Below are positions 48,388 through 58,912 of a stretch of 64,000 bases of DNA, one piece after another; the first letter of the stretch is position 1, and the number at the start of each line of letters is the position of its first letter. The stretch comes from an uncultured Pseudomonadales bacterium. GTDB taxonomy: Bacteria; Patescibacteriota; Microgenomatia; UBA1400; UBA12028. The translations under genes and the position numbers were made by a program. The notes beneath the pieces are model-generated. The model was not told the DNA's origin. It made no database searches and worked only from the letters and a program-made list of their open reading frames with translations. The stretch is from assembly GCA_964635905.1 (NCBI GenBank), contig CAZWPK010000005.1:4695-68694 (forward strand). The letters are read 5' to 3'.

Positions 48388-50505
48388 ATGCCAGCCTTTT
48401 CATTAGTGTCCCCCTACCAGCCCTTAGGAGATCAGCCAGCTTGTATTGACCAACTCGCAAGCGGGTTTGAACAAGGTAAAGATCATCAAGTCCTCTTAGG
48501 TGTAACTGGGAGTGGCAAGACATTTAGCATTGCCAGTGTGATCAATCGGATTCAAAAACCGACCTTGGTGATTGCCCATAATAAAACGCTTGCCGCACAA
48601 CTGTACCAGGAATTTCGTGATTTCTTTCCGCATAATGCGGTCAGTTATTTCGTGTCCTATTACGATTACTATCAGCCAGAGAGTTACATCCCTTCCACCG
48701 ATACCTATATTGAAAAAGAAACCCAAATTAATGATGAGATTGATAAGCTTCGGCTTGCCACCACTGCAAACCTCCTCACTCGACCCGACTGTATTGTTGT
48801 CGCCTCAGTGTCGTGTATCTACAACTTAGGCTCCCCCATTGAATACGGACGCTACATGCTCGAAATCATGGAGGGCGAACTCATCTCCCGACAATCCCTC
48901 TTGGGTCGATTTGTGGACCTGCAATATGAACGCAACGATCTTGACTTAGGTCGTGGAACATTTCGGGTTCGCGGAGAAACCATTCAAATCTGGCCAGCGT
49001 ACGAGGATACCGCACTTTCTATTGCACTCTTAGGCAATCAAATCGAAAAGATCACCCGCATTGATCCCTTAACGGGTCTAGCACTAGAGGGCTCCATTCA
49101 GGAACAAGAGCGGATGCTAACGTCGGAGAAGGGTAAACGCTATCTCCTCTATCCAGCCAAACATTACATGACCAATCCAACCACGCAAGCGGATGCCATT
49201 GATCAGATTGAGCAGGACCTAAAATCGCGTTGTGACGAATTGAAAGCCAAAGGGAAAGTCTTGGAGGCGTATCGCTTGGAACAAAAGGTCCACTATGACG
49301 TGGACATGATACGGGAGTTGGGATTCGTGAATGGAATTGAAAACTACTCCCGCTACTTTGATGGACGAAAACCTGGTGACCCTCCCTATTCTCTCGTCGA
49401 TTATTTTCATGAGAATGCTCGTCTATTTGGCGATGGTTCCTTTTTGACGGTGATTGATGAAAGTCACATCACCATCCCTCAAATTCGCGGGATGTATAAC
49501 GGGGACCAATCACGCAAAGGAACATTGATTGACTATGGATTTCGACTCCCCTCTGCGTTGGATAACCGACCGTTAAAGTTTGAAGAGTTTTTGCGCGTTG
49601 TGGATCAAACCATTTATGTCTCCGCTACGCCCAGCCCCTGGGAACTATCAATGAGCGACGGAAACGTAGCAGAACAATTGATTCGGCCAACGGGCCTTCT
49701 GGAGCCAACCATCGAGATTCGCCCATCCGAAGGACAGGTTGCTCATTTGCTGGAACAAATTATGATTCGCGTGGGAAGGAAACAACGCGTGCTTGTCACC
49801 ACGCTAACCAAGCGGATGGCAGAAGTTTTGACGGAGTATCTCAATGATGAAAAAAAGATTTCTGCAATCATCAATGACAAATCCATCGTGCTTCCCAAAG
49901 TTGCCTATTTGCATTCCGATATTGATACGCTAGATCGCTCCGATATCATCAATGACTTACGTTCCGGAGTCTACGATGTGCTGGTAGGAATTAACCTCCT
50001 TCGGGAAGGTCTGGACCTCCCTGAAGTCACGTTGGTTGCAATTTTAGATGCGGATAAAGAAGGTTTCTTACGCTCGGCATCCTCCCTGATTCAGATCATG
50101 GGACGTGCCGCACGGCATCATGAGGGTCACGTGATCTTGTACGCTGATCGCACCACCAAGTCCATGGAAGCAGCAATTGCAGAGGTGCAACGTCGCAAAG
50201 AGAAGCAAGAAGCATACAACATAGCGCACAATGTAACTCCGATGACGATCATTAAACCGATTCGTGAGGAATTAATAAAACGAGAAAAAAAGGAAGAAGA
50301 AAAACCTCTAACCAAGAAACAAAAACTCATTCAAGTCGATAAGAAAACGCGTATCGACATCGATCAGATTGATCCAGAAAGTCTGACTCCAGCCGATAAG
50401 CAAAAACTAATTAAACAACTCACGAAAAAAATGAATGAATCGGCAAAGACCTGGAATTTTGAATTAGCAGCAAAGCTACGAGACACGATCAGCACACTGC
50501 AATAG
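48388..50505 (+). CDS. uvrB: Excinuclease ABC subunit B
   Basis: GVTGSGKT, FVSYYDYYQPE, GIENYS, DESH, GINLLREGLDLPEV, C-terminal UVR domain. Confidence 0.98.
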   Translation: MPAFSLVSPYQPLGDQPACIDQLASGFEQGKDHQVLLGVTGSGKTFSIASVINRIQKPTLVIAHNKTLAAQLYQEFRDFFPHNAVSYFVSYYDYYQPESYIPSTDTYIEKETQINDEIDKLRLATTANLLTRPDCIVVASVSCIYNLGSPIEYGRYMLEIMEGELISRQSLLGRFVDLQYERNDLDLGRGTFRVRGETIQIWPAYEDTALSIALLGNQIEKITRIDPLTGLALEGSIQEQERMLTSEKGKRYLLYPAKHYMTNPTTQADAIDQIEQDLKSRCDELKAKGKVLEAYRLEQKVHYDVDMIRELGFVNGIENYSRYFDGRKPGDPPYSLVDYFHENARLFGDGSFLTVIDESHITIPQIRGMYNGDQSRKGTLIDYGFRLPSALDNRPLKFEEFLRVVDQTIYVSATPSPWELSMSDGNVAEQLIRPTGLLEPTIEIRPSEGQVAHLLEQIMIRVGRKQRVLVTTLTKRMAEVLTEYLNDEKKISAIINDKSIVLPKVAYLHSDIDTLDRSDIINDLRSGVYDVLVGINLLREGLDLPEVTLVAILDADKEGFLRSASSLIQIMGRAARHHEGHVILYADRTTKSMEAAIAEVQRRKEKQEAYNIAHNVTPMTIIKPIREELIKREKKEEEKPLTKKQKLIQVDKKTRIDIDQIDPESLTPADKQKLIKQLTKKMNESAKTWNFELAAKLRDTISTLQ

Positions 50506-51522
50506 TTAGTTCTCACGGCCTTGAAGCAACATTTTGATTTCCGTTGCAAACTCTTGCAGGATTACTCGAAGCACAATATACGCCGGAATAATCAAAATTG
50601 CTCCCATAATACTTCCAAAACGGACACCGACTAGAATCAAAACGATGGAGGTGATTGGACTGATTCCCACCGCCTTTTTCATGATTTGAGGAACCACAAT
50701 GTTGTTCTCCACGAATTGAATGACAATGTATAGCACACCGACCACGGCACCCATTGTTGGGGAGATTGTGATTGCAGCAATCAAAATCGCGGGAATTGCC
50801 GACAACGTTGGACCCAAATTGGGCAGCATTTCCAAAAACCCAGCCAAAATTGCCAACGGAACAGCATACGGAATGCCAAGAATTGTCAGTCCAACATACG
50901 TGAGGATTCCGATGACAAACATCAAAATAATTTGTCCTCGTACCCATCCTCCTAAAGAATCTTCGATCCGATTCAGTAATCGTCGACCACGCTCTTCATG
51001 ATTATGGCGAAAAAGTACCGCTGAGTATCGGTACAGCTGATCACGCTCCAACAAAAAGTATAAGGACATGACTAAGACGGTAAAGATCGAGAAGATCAAC
51101 GAAAAAGTTGAGGTGACATAGGCAAACAGCGTCACCACTGAAGATCCATATTGGGAAATCAACGTAGAAATATTGGAGTATGAAAACTGAAATCCGGATA
51201 AATCCTGGAGCAGGGGTGATTTTGGAATATCAAACTGGACAAATAATCGGGTAGTTTGATCAATTAACGGCGGAATAATGGCAATGCCCGCAATGACTAA
51301 AAGCGCAATCAACACAATGTAGATAAACACAACCGCAATTTCTCTAGAGATTTTCAGCTTTTGTAGATTGGTGACTAAGGGATGCAGCGCGGTCATCAAC
51401 ACAAAGGACACCGAGAGCAAAACAATAATATCCGTTACTCTGGAAACGACATAAATTCCAAAGAGCAGGAGTAAGGTCGTTAAAATAGTTTTGATGGAGA
51501 TTTCAACACGGTGTGACGTCAT
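50506..51522 (-). CDS. AI-2E family transporter
   Basis: WVRGQ, EMLPNLGP, QFVENN.VVPQIM, G..GAIL.IP. Confidence 0.92.
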   Translation of the reverse strand: MTSHRVEISIKTILTTLLLLFGIYVVSRVTDIIVLLSVSFVLMTALHPLVTNLQKLKISREIAVVFIYIVLIALLVIAGIAIIPPLIDQTTRLFVQFDIPKSPLLQDLSGFQFSYSNISTLISQYGSSVVTLFAYVTSTFSLIFSIFTVLVMSLYFLLERDQLYRYSAVLFRHNHEERGRRLLNRIEDSLGGWVRGQIILMFVIGILTYVGLTILGIPYAVPLAILAGFLEMLPNLGPTLSAIPAILIAAITISPTMGAVVGVLYIVIQFVENNIVVPQIMKKAVGISPITSIVLILVGVRFGSIMGAILIIPAYIVLRVILQEFATEIKMLLQGREN

Positions 51523-51528
51523 AGGTTT

Positions 51529-52539
51529 CTATCCATTCAGTATACCAGTCTTTTTCAGGTGAGCTAATACTTGATCTTTCGTTTGGCCACTTCCTGCGTC
51601 ATACCACTGTATTTGCTTTTCGCGTTTCCACCATGTCATTTGGCGCTTTGCATATTGAACTTCATGCTTGGTCCAGAGCTCCGTGAGTTGATCTACTGAC
51701 AATTCTTCCTGTAAATACCTGGCAATTTCACCATACCCTAACGCTGACTTTGCTTCTGGTTTCCAATCTGGATACAGTCGCACTAACTGTGTGTATTCAT
51801 CGACTGCTCCTGCTTGAATCCGAGCACACACTCTAGCCTTGATACGTTCTTCTAAAAGCGACTTCTCCATTGAAAGTCCAATCCAGAGCGACGCAGTACT
51901 CTCAAAGATAGGATCAAAAACGGCACGTTCTGCTTGATGTGCTGGTATCCATCCATCTCGTAGTTTTTTAGCAATTTCAGTTTCAATCGCCCGAACTAAC
52001 CGACGCGGATTCTGCTTGTCGGAAGGATTCATTTTAAAGAAGCGCCGGGGAGCAATTCTCGATAGACGCTCCTGCAACTGAGAGACTGTTAGAATCCCCA
52101 GTTCTTCACGAAGTTCTTGATTAGGGGCGATCATCGCAGTCTGTTCAGACTTAAATAAGGCTAATGTATATAACGGAGTTCCTCCGACAATAATCAGGAG
52201 TCTATCGTCGTCACGACTGATTTTTTTCACGCTGGCAGCATAGGCTAAAAAATTTGCAAGTGACCAGGACCTGTTGGGTTCCACCAAATTGAGTCCAAAC
52301 AAACGAATCCCATCGTGTTTATAGTGCGGAAGGCTTTTGGATGAAAACGAAAACGCTTTTGGGATGTCTTTTCCGGTGACGATATCTTGGCCGGTATACA
52401 CTTGCTTGGAATCTACGACCAAAATGTCGACGCCAGTAGTGTGCGTCAACGCTGGTAATGCTGTTGCCAAGAACAACGATAGATCCGTTTTTCCTGATGC
52501 GGTCGGACCGACAATCACAATTGGAGTAGCTTGATCCAT
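51529..52539 (-). CDS. miaA: tRNA dimethylallyltransferase
   Basis: GPTASGKT, DSKQVY, VGGTPLY, RRLVRAIE, YAKRQ.TW. Confidence 0.95.
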   Translation of the reverse strand: MDQATPIVIVGPTASGKTDLSLFLATALPALTHTTGVDILVVDSKQVYTGQDIVTGKDIPKAFSFSSKSLPHYKHDGIRLFGLNLVEPNRSWSLANFLAYAASVKKISRDDDRLLIIVGGTPLYTLALFKSEQTAMIAPNQELREELGILTVSQLQERLSRIAPRRFFKMNPSDKQNPRRLVRAIETEIAKKLRDGWIPAHQAERAVFDPIFESTASLWIGLSMEKSLLEERIKARVCARIQAGAVDEYTQLVRLYPDWKPEAKSALGYGEIARYLQEELSVDQLTELWTKHEVQYAKRQMTWWKREKQIQWYDAGSGQTKDQVLAHLKKTGILNG

Positions 52540-52548
52540 AGTGTGCAC

Positions 52549-53703
52549 TTAAACAACTTTTGGTCGAACCTTAAGGTTATCCTTGTTGATGATCTTATCC
52601 AGAATTTCCCAGCGTCGTTTTTTTTCTGCATGGGAAAGAGTATCGGGATACAGCTTAAAGCTTGCTGTTCCCGGACGGGGTGAGTACATCGCGACAAAAC
52701 CTACTTTCCAATCCATTTCTTTTGAGAATTCAACGGTTTCCAAAAATTCTTCTTCCGTCTCTCCTCCAAAGCCGACTATAAGATCCGTTCCTATTACCAC
52801 ATCTGGAACCGCATCCCGAAGTTTGCGAACGAGCTCGCGGTAGTGTTCTTTGGTATACCCACGGTTCATCCGGTACAGCACCGCATTACTTCCGGATTGC
52901 AGTGGCAAATGGACAAAACGATCTAATTTGGGATTGGTGGCTATTTCTTGAATAAGCGCATCATGGAAATCCCAGGGATTACTGGTTAAAAAGCGAATCT
53001 TTTTGATTTGCGAATAGGCTGACACCGCTTGGAGTAGTTTCACAAAGGGTGGAATTCCCGAGGGTGTTTCATACTGGGTTTTGTTATCCGGGATTTCCTC
53101 GCGTGACAATTCTCGCTCTTGGCGCATGAGCATTTTTCGAAGCCCGATCCCCTCTTTTTCGAGTCCCCAAGAATTGACATTCTGTCCCAGAAGCGTGATC
53201 TCATCATAGCCTTGGGACACCAAATGTTCGACTTCCGTAATGATATCTTCCAATTTTCGCGATTGTTCTGTTCCTCGAGAATAGGGGACAATACAATACG
53301 TACAAAAGGAATTGCAGCCAGCACTAATCGGGATCCACGCGTGCGTTTTGTCTTTCCGAACCACCGCACTGTTAAACCCAACTTCGTTGATCGGCAGAAT
53401 TTCATCCACCATGGGGAGTATTTCGTACAGCTTGTTATTCCCGTGATGGGTCATGCAACCCGTTAAAATAATCTTGGGTTTAGGTAATCCTAGCGTTTGA
53501 AAATGAGTCACCACGTTATACAAGAAGCCTCGAGCACGATCTTCGGCGGACTGTCGGATGGCACAGGTGTTCACCACGATTTCATCGGCATCACGCCAAT
53601 CGGTGGCTTCTGTAAAGCCTCGAGATTCATAATCCCCAGCAATGCGCTCGGAATCCGACTTATTGGACTGACATCCAAAGGTATGGATAAAATACGTGGA
53701 CAT
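52549..53703 (-). CDS. miaB: MiaB-type radical-SAM methylthiotransferase (no TRAM domain)
   Basis: TFGCQSN, NTC, TGC, CNSFCTYC, LLGQNVNS, HLPLQSG; adjacent to miaA. Confidence 0.88.
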   Translation of the reverse strand: MSTYFIHTFGCQSNKSDSERIAGDYESRGFTEATDWRDADEIVVNTCAIRQSAEDRARGFLYNVVTHFQTLGLPKPKIILTGCMTHHGNNKLYEILPMVDEILPINEVGFNSAVVRKDKTHAWIPISAGCNSFCTYCIVPYSRGTEQSRKLEDIITEVEHLVSQGYDEITLLGQNVNSWGLEKEGIGLRKMLMRQERELSREEIPDNKTQYETPSGIPPFVKLLQAVSAYSQIKKIRFLTSNPWDFHDALIQEIATNPKLDRFVHLPLQSGSNAVLYRMNRGYTKEHYRELVRKLRDAVPDVVIGTDLIVGFGGETEEEFLETVEFSKEMDWKVGFVAMYSPRPGTASFKLYPDTLSHAEKKRRWEILDKIINKDNLKVRPKVV

Positions 53704-53748
53704 CTATGTATTTTACCAGGTACGCCCATTTTCACAGAATCAAGTCTG

Positions 53749-54105
53749 CTACGAACTGTCTCGTGCAGCGTTTCTAAATGTAAGCCCCGCATGATTGATC
53801 ACTGCAATCATCTCGTAAGACAGACCCTTTTTCTCTAATTCTCGATCATTGAGTGCATAAAGCTTTATTAGAGTCATCTTTGGATGTTGATCCAACCAGT
53901 CTAAAACATCTCTAATATTAGTCAATGATAAATCTTTCCCACGTGCCAGCTGCATACCCGATCGAGAAAGATAGTCTTTAAAAGCTACCATGTCGGTCGG
54001 AATAACTTTAGGAGCAGTCTGCTGAGTTGCCAAGATCTCTGCACTCCGTTCAGCAAGGTTCTTTCCTGGGCTCACTTGAAAACCTTTCAAAAGTTCATCC
54101 GTCAT
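53749..54105 (-). CDS. Hypothetical protein
   Basis: 118-aa ORF with GAGGA SD filling the gap. Confidence 0.6.
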   Translation of the reverse strand: MTDELLKGFQVSPGKNLAERSAEILATQQTAPKVIPTDMVAFKDYLSRSGMQLARGKDLSLTNIRDVLDWLDQHPKMTLIKLYALNDRELEKKGLSYEMIAVINHAGLTFRNAARDSS

Positions 54106-54185
54106 AAAATCTCCTCTAATGCAACGTACTCTATCAAATAGAAGACACTTTTCAAGTAAGAAGCCATGTTCAAAATTAAAACCTT

Positions 54186-55400
54186 CTACTCGTAGCGAAG
54201 AGCTTCAATCGGGGAGAGCTTGCTTGCTTGGCGAGCTGGGATAACCCCAAAGATGATCCCCACCGCTGCAGACACTCCAAAGGCAATCCCAACCGCTTCA
54301 ACGGTGATTTGGGTTGGAATAAAGCGATTGATAGCTAGCGACAGCAAGAACGCCAAACCTGTCCCAATCATTCCACCGATCACCGAAAGGGTTGCAGCTT
54401 CTATTAAGAATTGCGTGAGAATGATTGATGGGGTCGCTCCCAAAGCCTTGCGCAACCCAATCTCTCGGGTGCGTTCAATCACCGAGACCAGCATGATATT
54501 TAAAATTCCAATACCACCAACGACTAAGGAAATTGCAGCAATTCCACCTAACCCAGCAGTCAAGGCGCCCAAGACTTGATTAATGGTTTCTAATATCTGG
54601 GATTGTTCGACCACAGAGAATTCATCCTCTTTAAATCGAGTCAGCATGTAGGTTTCAATATCTTTTTTGGCATCATCAATTGATTCTCTGGATACCGCAG
54701 CTGCGGTAATCTGCGTAATGGAAGTCGCACCGAACATTTTCATCACGGTTTCGACTGGAACGTAGACATAGGTATCAAAGGAAGGGCCACCAAAACCGCC
54801 CCCACGTTCTTTGGCTACTCCGACAACTCGATAGGTTTGACTTCCAATGGAAATCTTCTTTCCAACTGGATCTACTTCATTAAATAATTCTTCCGCAGTT
54901 TTGGAACCCAAGACCGCGACACGAGTATTGGAATTAAACTCGGAAGCAGAGAAAAATCGTCCTTTATCCACTCCAGTGTCCGTAATTCGGGCATATTCAG
55001 CATTCGTGCCATAGATGATCACCGTCTTACTTTTATCCTTGTACGAGACTTTTAGACTGGCAGTGTATTCCGGAGCAACCGCCGAAATATGTTCTCGCAA
55101 TTTCCCAATTTCATTGACATCACGCAGTTTAAATTGGGTGGTAAGAAGCGCAGTGGCTTGGCTTTCCGCATTAAAACCCCCGCCCTCGCCAAAGATATCT
55201 CCAGGGATGACATAGATATTGGTTGCACCAAACGAGTTGAACTGATTTTCAATGTAGGCTTGAAGTCCATTACCAATGGAGGTAAGTAAAATCACCGAGC
55301 CTACTCCAATAATGACTCCGAGCATGGTTAAAAAAGAGCGTGTCTTATTGGTAATAATTGCTGCGATCGCAATACGGATCGCATTTAAAAACGACTGCAT
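54186..55400 (-). CDS. MacB/FtsX-family ABC permease
   Basis: RSFLTMLGVIIGV, GGIGILNIML.SV.ERTREIGLRKALGA, PIEALRYE. Confidence 0.95.
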   Translation of the reverse strand: MQSFLNAIRIAIAAIITNKTRSFLTMLGVIIGVGSVILLTSIGNGLQAYIENQFNSFGATNIYVIPGDIFGEGGGFNAESQATALLTTQFKLRDVNEIGKLREHISAVAPEYTASLKVSYKDKSKTVIIYGTNAEYARITDTGVDKGRFFSASEFNSNTRVAVLGSKTAEELFNEVDPVGKKISIGSQTYRVVGVAKERGGGFGGPSFDTYVYVPVETVMKMFGATSITQITAAAVSRESIDDAKKDIETYMLTRFKEDEFSVVEQSQILETINQVLGALTAGLGGIAAISLVVGGIGILNIMLVSVIERTREIGLRKALGATPSIILTQFLIEAATLSVIGGMIGTGLAFLLSLAINRFIPTQITVEAVGIAFGVSAAVGIIFGVIPARQASKLSPIEALRYE

Positions 55401-55402
55401 AG

Positions 55403-56086
55403 TTATTTTTTCTTTGAATCGGACAAAATTTGTCCATCGCGTACCCTGATTTGACGTTTGGCATGCTGGGCTACTTCTTTTTCGTGGGTAACGAGAACGA
55501 TTGTCTTTCCCTCTTTATGGAGCTGTTCGAAGAGTCGCATCACCTCTTCACCCGACTTACTATCTAAATTTCCCGTTGGTTCATCGGCAAAGACAATGGA
55601 GGGTTGATTGACTAAAGCTCGGGCAATTGCCACCCGTTGTTGCTGACCACCAGAGAGCTGCGCCCGAGTATTATTTAAGCGGTCTCCTAACCCGACTTGC
55701 TGTAACAGTGCAGTTGCCATTTTCTTGCGCTCCTGTGCCGGAAGATTTGCATAGATCAGCGGCAATTCCACGTTTTGGAGTGCGCTGGCTTTCCCTAATA
55801 AATTAAATTGTTGAAAGACAAACCCAATTTCAGAGTTGCGAAGTTTCGCCAACTGCGGCTCCGAATACCGCTCCACACTTTTCTCTTTTAAAAAGATTTT
55901 TCCACTTGTCGGAGTGTCGAGCAAACTCATGACCTGCAGAAGTGTCGATTTTCCAGATCCCGATGGTCCCATGATCGACACATACTCACCCGCGGCGATT
56001 GTTAGGCTGACGTCGTTTAACGCATGAATTTCTTGATCACCTACGTTGTAGGTCTTCACGACGTGTTCAAGTTTTAAAAGTTCCAT
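55403..56086 (-). CDS. ABC transporter ATP-binding protein (LolD/MacB-like)
   Basis: GPSGSGKST, LSGGQQQR, ADEPTGNLD, VTH. Confidence 0.96.
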   Translation of the reverse strand: MELLKLEHVVKTYNVGDQEIHALNDVSLTIAAGEYVSIMGPSGSGKSTLLQVMSLLDTPTSGKIFLKEKSVERYSEPQLAKLRNSEIGFVFQQFNLLGKASALQNVELPLIYANLPAQERKKMATALLQQVGLGDRLNNTRAQLSGGQQQRVAIARALVNQPSIVFADEPTGNLDSKSGEEVMRLFEQLHKEGKTIVLVTHEKEVAQHAKRQIRVRDGQILSDSKKK

Positions 56087-56090
56087 AACC

Positions 56091-57122
56091 TTAGTTGGGA
56101 AGGATGACTTCATCTCCAAGTGACAGTCCTTCAAGCACCTCAATCTGGTCTTCCCCTTCGATGCCCAGTTGTACTTCGCGTCCGATCGTTTTTTGGGGAT
56201 TGCTTGGATCTTTCACCATCACGATTGATTTTTCAGAGCGCATGGAGACTGCCTCGATTGGAACCAGAAGCGTATCCTCATGCTGTTCCAGGATCAAACT
56301 AACAGTTCCATTCAAACCCAGTCGTAAGAATTGAAGGTCACTAATTGGAAAACGAATGCGGATAGGAAAGACAGTCCCTCCACTCGATCGTCGCGATTGT
56401 TCGGCCTTTACAGCAATGTAGTCAATGACCGATTCCACCGGTTGATCGGGATAGGCATCCAAGACTATTCGAACTGGCGTCCCGGCATGAATGCGTCCGA
56501 TATCGATCTCATCTACTTCTGCTTCAAAAATTAAGGTCGATGGATCCACAATTTCAAACGCATCTGTCGCCGTTACTTGAACTCCAGCAACTGAGATTGG
56601 TAAGGAGGTGATAACCCCATCGATGGGCGAATACAGAGTAGCATTCCGAAGAGCTAAATCTTTCAGCTCGACAGCAATGACGCTGTTGTTTAACGACAGT
56701 TGAGATTTTTGGGCAAGTCGCAAAACTTCATCATTTTTTACCAGATCCTTTCGATCATCGGTATCTTGCTCAAAGTCTAAACGCTCACTCATGTAATCAT
56801 TCAAGGAAGCCTGTAGATTTTTTTGCAAATCCCGCACATCCATTGTTGCTAAAGCTTGTGACTTTTTGACGTGTTGACCTTCTTTTACCGGGAGAGAAAC
56901 TATCTTTCCTCCTGCCAGGAACCGCAGACTGGCTTTTTTATCCGCATCCACAACACCGGGAACATTGATCACTTCCTCGATCCGCCCTTTTTCTACCTTG
57001 GCTGTTGTCAACGGTTTGTTTGAACTCGCACGCGACCGGACCACTAAAAATCCTGCCACCACAACAAGTACCAGAATACCAATTAGCCATCGTTTGGAGA
57101 TACGCGAAAGAAGTGCTTTCAT
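56091..57122 (-). CDS. MacA-like adaptor subunit
   Basis: N-terminal TM; V.EG..VK, SPIDG, VDEIDI, LLVP..AV, IEVLEGL..GD. Confidence 0.9.
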   Translation of the reverse strand: MKALLSRISKRWLIGILVLVVVAGFLVVRSRASSNKPLTTAKVEKGRIEEVINVPGVVDADKKASLRFLAGGKIVSLPVKEGQHVKKSQALATMDVRDLQKNLQASLNDYMSERLDFEQDTDDRKDLVKNDEVLRLAQKSQLSLNNSVIAVELKDLALRNATLYSPIDGVITSLPISVAGVQVTATDAFEIVDPSTLIFEAEVDEIDIGRIHAGTPVRIVLDAYPDQPVESVIDYIAVKAEQSRRSSGGTVFPIRIRFPISDLQFLRLGLNGTVSLILEQHEDTLLVPIEAVSMRSEKSIVMVKDPSNPQKTIGREVQLGIEGEDQIEVLEGLSLGDEVILPN

Positions 57123-57211
57123 AGAATGAAGTAATAGTATAGTCTTTTTACTCTTAAAAAACAGCTACTTGCAACAAGAATTTAACTTTGTTTACAATGG
57201 CTGCTTGATCT

Positions 57212-57517
57212 ATGACAAAATACACAAAATATTATCAACAAATGTGGGACCTCCACAAAAACATCCTTTCCACCTTTCAGGAAGTGCATGATCAATATCA
57301 ACAACAACCGAAAGAAAAGAAACTCAAAGAGAGCTTTGATACCATTGGAAAACAAGCCCGAGAAGTCATGGAAGATTGGGACAAACGACTCTGTATGCAA
57401 ATGGAAAAGGGATACAACGGGGTATTTTCCTCCAAAGTAAGCGAAAAGTTTTGGACTGAAATTAAAAAAGATTTTCCGCTCGTTGATCTAGTGGGGGTTG
57501 AAGTAAGCTATGTCTAG
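57212..57517 (+). CDS. Hypothetical helical protein
   Basis: Clean ORF with upstream TACAAT. Confidence 0.7.
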   Translation: MTKYTKYYQQMWDLHKNILSTFQEVHDQYQQQPKEKKLKESFDTIGKQAREVMEDWDKRLCMQMEKGYNGVFSSKVSEKFWTEIKKDFPLVDLVGVEVSYV

Positions 57518-57536
57518 TTTGCTCGTCTAATCCGTC

Positions 57537-58769
57537 TCAACTGGACGGTGACAACACTGCTCGCAAATCCTTCTTGTACTCTTCAACATCTGGCTGATCA
57601 AAGGCATTGATCTCCATCAGAGTTCCTAAGATCATGACAGTGGTCATTTGAAATTGGAGAAACGCCCCGAGATTGTAAGCGTTTAGTTCTGGGAAATGCA
57701 CGCTTGCATACGGGATTTTTTTACGCGTATAGGTTGTTTTCACGGCTTGAAGAATTGTGTCTTTAATGGAGTTTAGACTCTTCCCTTCGATGCCCTTGAC
57801 TAACGTCACTCCCACATCAAAGGTTGGATAGTCTTGTGCGAATGTGACTGAGATGAAACTAGTCACCAAATTGATATTTCCGCCAAAATAATACTGCACA
57901 ACCGAATGCAACTCATTCGAGCCAATAGAGACAGTGGGTAGCATTCCCTTGCCTTCTTTTCCTAAGCTTTCCGCATATAACTGACGCAGCCACTTCCCCA
58001 CGCTTTCAAGTCGGGGTTCAAAGATGAAAAAGTCATGAACGTTTTTCCCTAGCTGCATCTGACTGTACAAAAAGCTTGCGTAGAGCGCTGCAGGACTACC
58101 TTGCGCGCAATCTGCTTCAAGCTGGGCTTTGGCACCTTGCAACAGCTGATGAACGGGAACGCCAGATAGAAGTAGTGGTAGTACGCCAACAGCAGACAGC
58201 ACACTAAAGCGACCACCTACTTGTAAAGGGATGGGTAAAAACGAATATCCTGATTGCGTAGCAAGTGTATGCGCTGGTGTATCTGGATCGGCAATGATTA
58301 CGATGGAGGAATTTAAGGGAGTGCCTAACCACTGCGTTAGAAGTCCGATGATGGTTGAAAAATTTACAATAGTCTCCGTGGTTGTACCTGACTTACTCAC
58401 ACACAGTAGAGCCACTTCATTCCACGAGGATAGTTGTACTGCGTGAAGCGATGCAATTATGTGGTTCATCGTCCAGGTGTCGCAGGTATCCAGGAAAAAA
58501 AGCGGAAGCGTGTCGTCTGGAATTGCTTCATAGATTGCCCGGGTTCCCAAACTGGAACCACCAATGCCGATCACCACTATTGCTTTAAGTTGATGCCCTA
58601 TCACTTCCCTTACCTGTTCTATTGCTTTTAGCATTGATTCGTCGCCAGACAAGCAAAGTGATGCTTCTTGCGCTGCGTAATTCTTCTGCGTATAAATAGA
58701 TTGTAACTTCTCAAGGTAAGCAACGGCTCGTGGATCTGGAGTTGAGAGTGGTATCGTTACATCAATCAT
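57537..58769 (-). CDS. pgi: Glucose-6-phosphate isomerase
   Basis: GIGGSSLG, SKSGTT.ET, VGGRFS, ESLGK, LHS..Q, FDQP.VE.YK. Confidence 0.95.
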   Translation of the reverse strand: MIDVTIPLSTPDPRAVAYLEKLQSIYTQKNYAAQEASLCLSGDESMLKAIEQVREVIGHQLKAIVVIGIGGSSLGTRAIYEAIPDDTLPLFFLDTCDTWTMNHIIASLHAVQLSSWNEVALLCVSKSGTTTETIVNFSTIIGLLTQWLGTPLNSSIVIIADPDTPAHTLATQSGYSFLPIPLQVGGRFSVLSAVGVLPLLLSGVPVHQLLQGAKAQLEADCAQGSPAALYASFLYSQMQLGKNVHDFFIFEPRLESVGKWLRQLYAESLGKEGKGMLPTVSIGSNELHSVVQYYFGGNINLVTSFISVTFAQDYPTFDVGVTLVKGIEGKSLNSIKDTILQAVKTTYTRKKIPYASVHFPELNAYNLGAFLQFQMTTVMILGTLMEINAFDQPDVEEYKKDLRAVLSPSS

Positions 58770-58912
58770 ACAAATCTCCCTGGTACTATCGCCCAGACTA
58801 AGCTGTTTGAGTATAAAAATCAAGTCGACAGTTGCGACAACTCAAATTGCTTTGTATGCTTACAAATGTAAGAGTATTGGGTCGTATTGAACCCAAGTAG
58901 AACACACGTACT

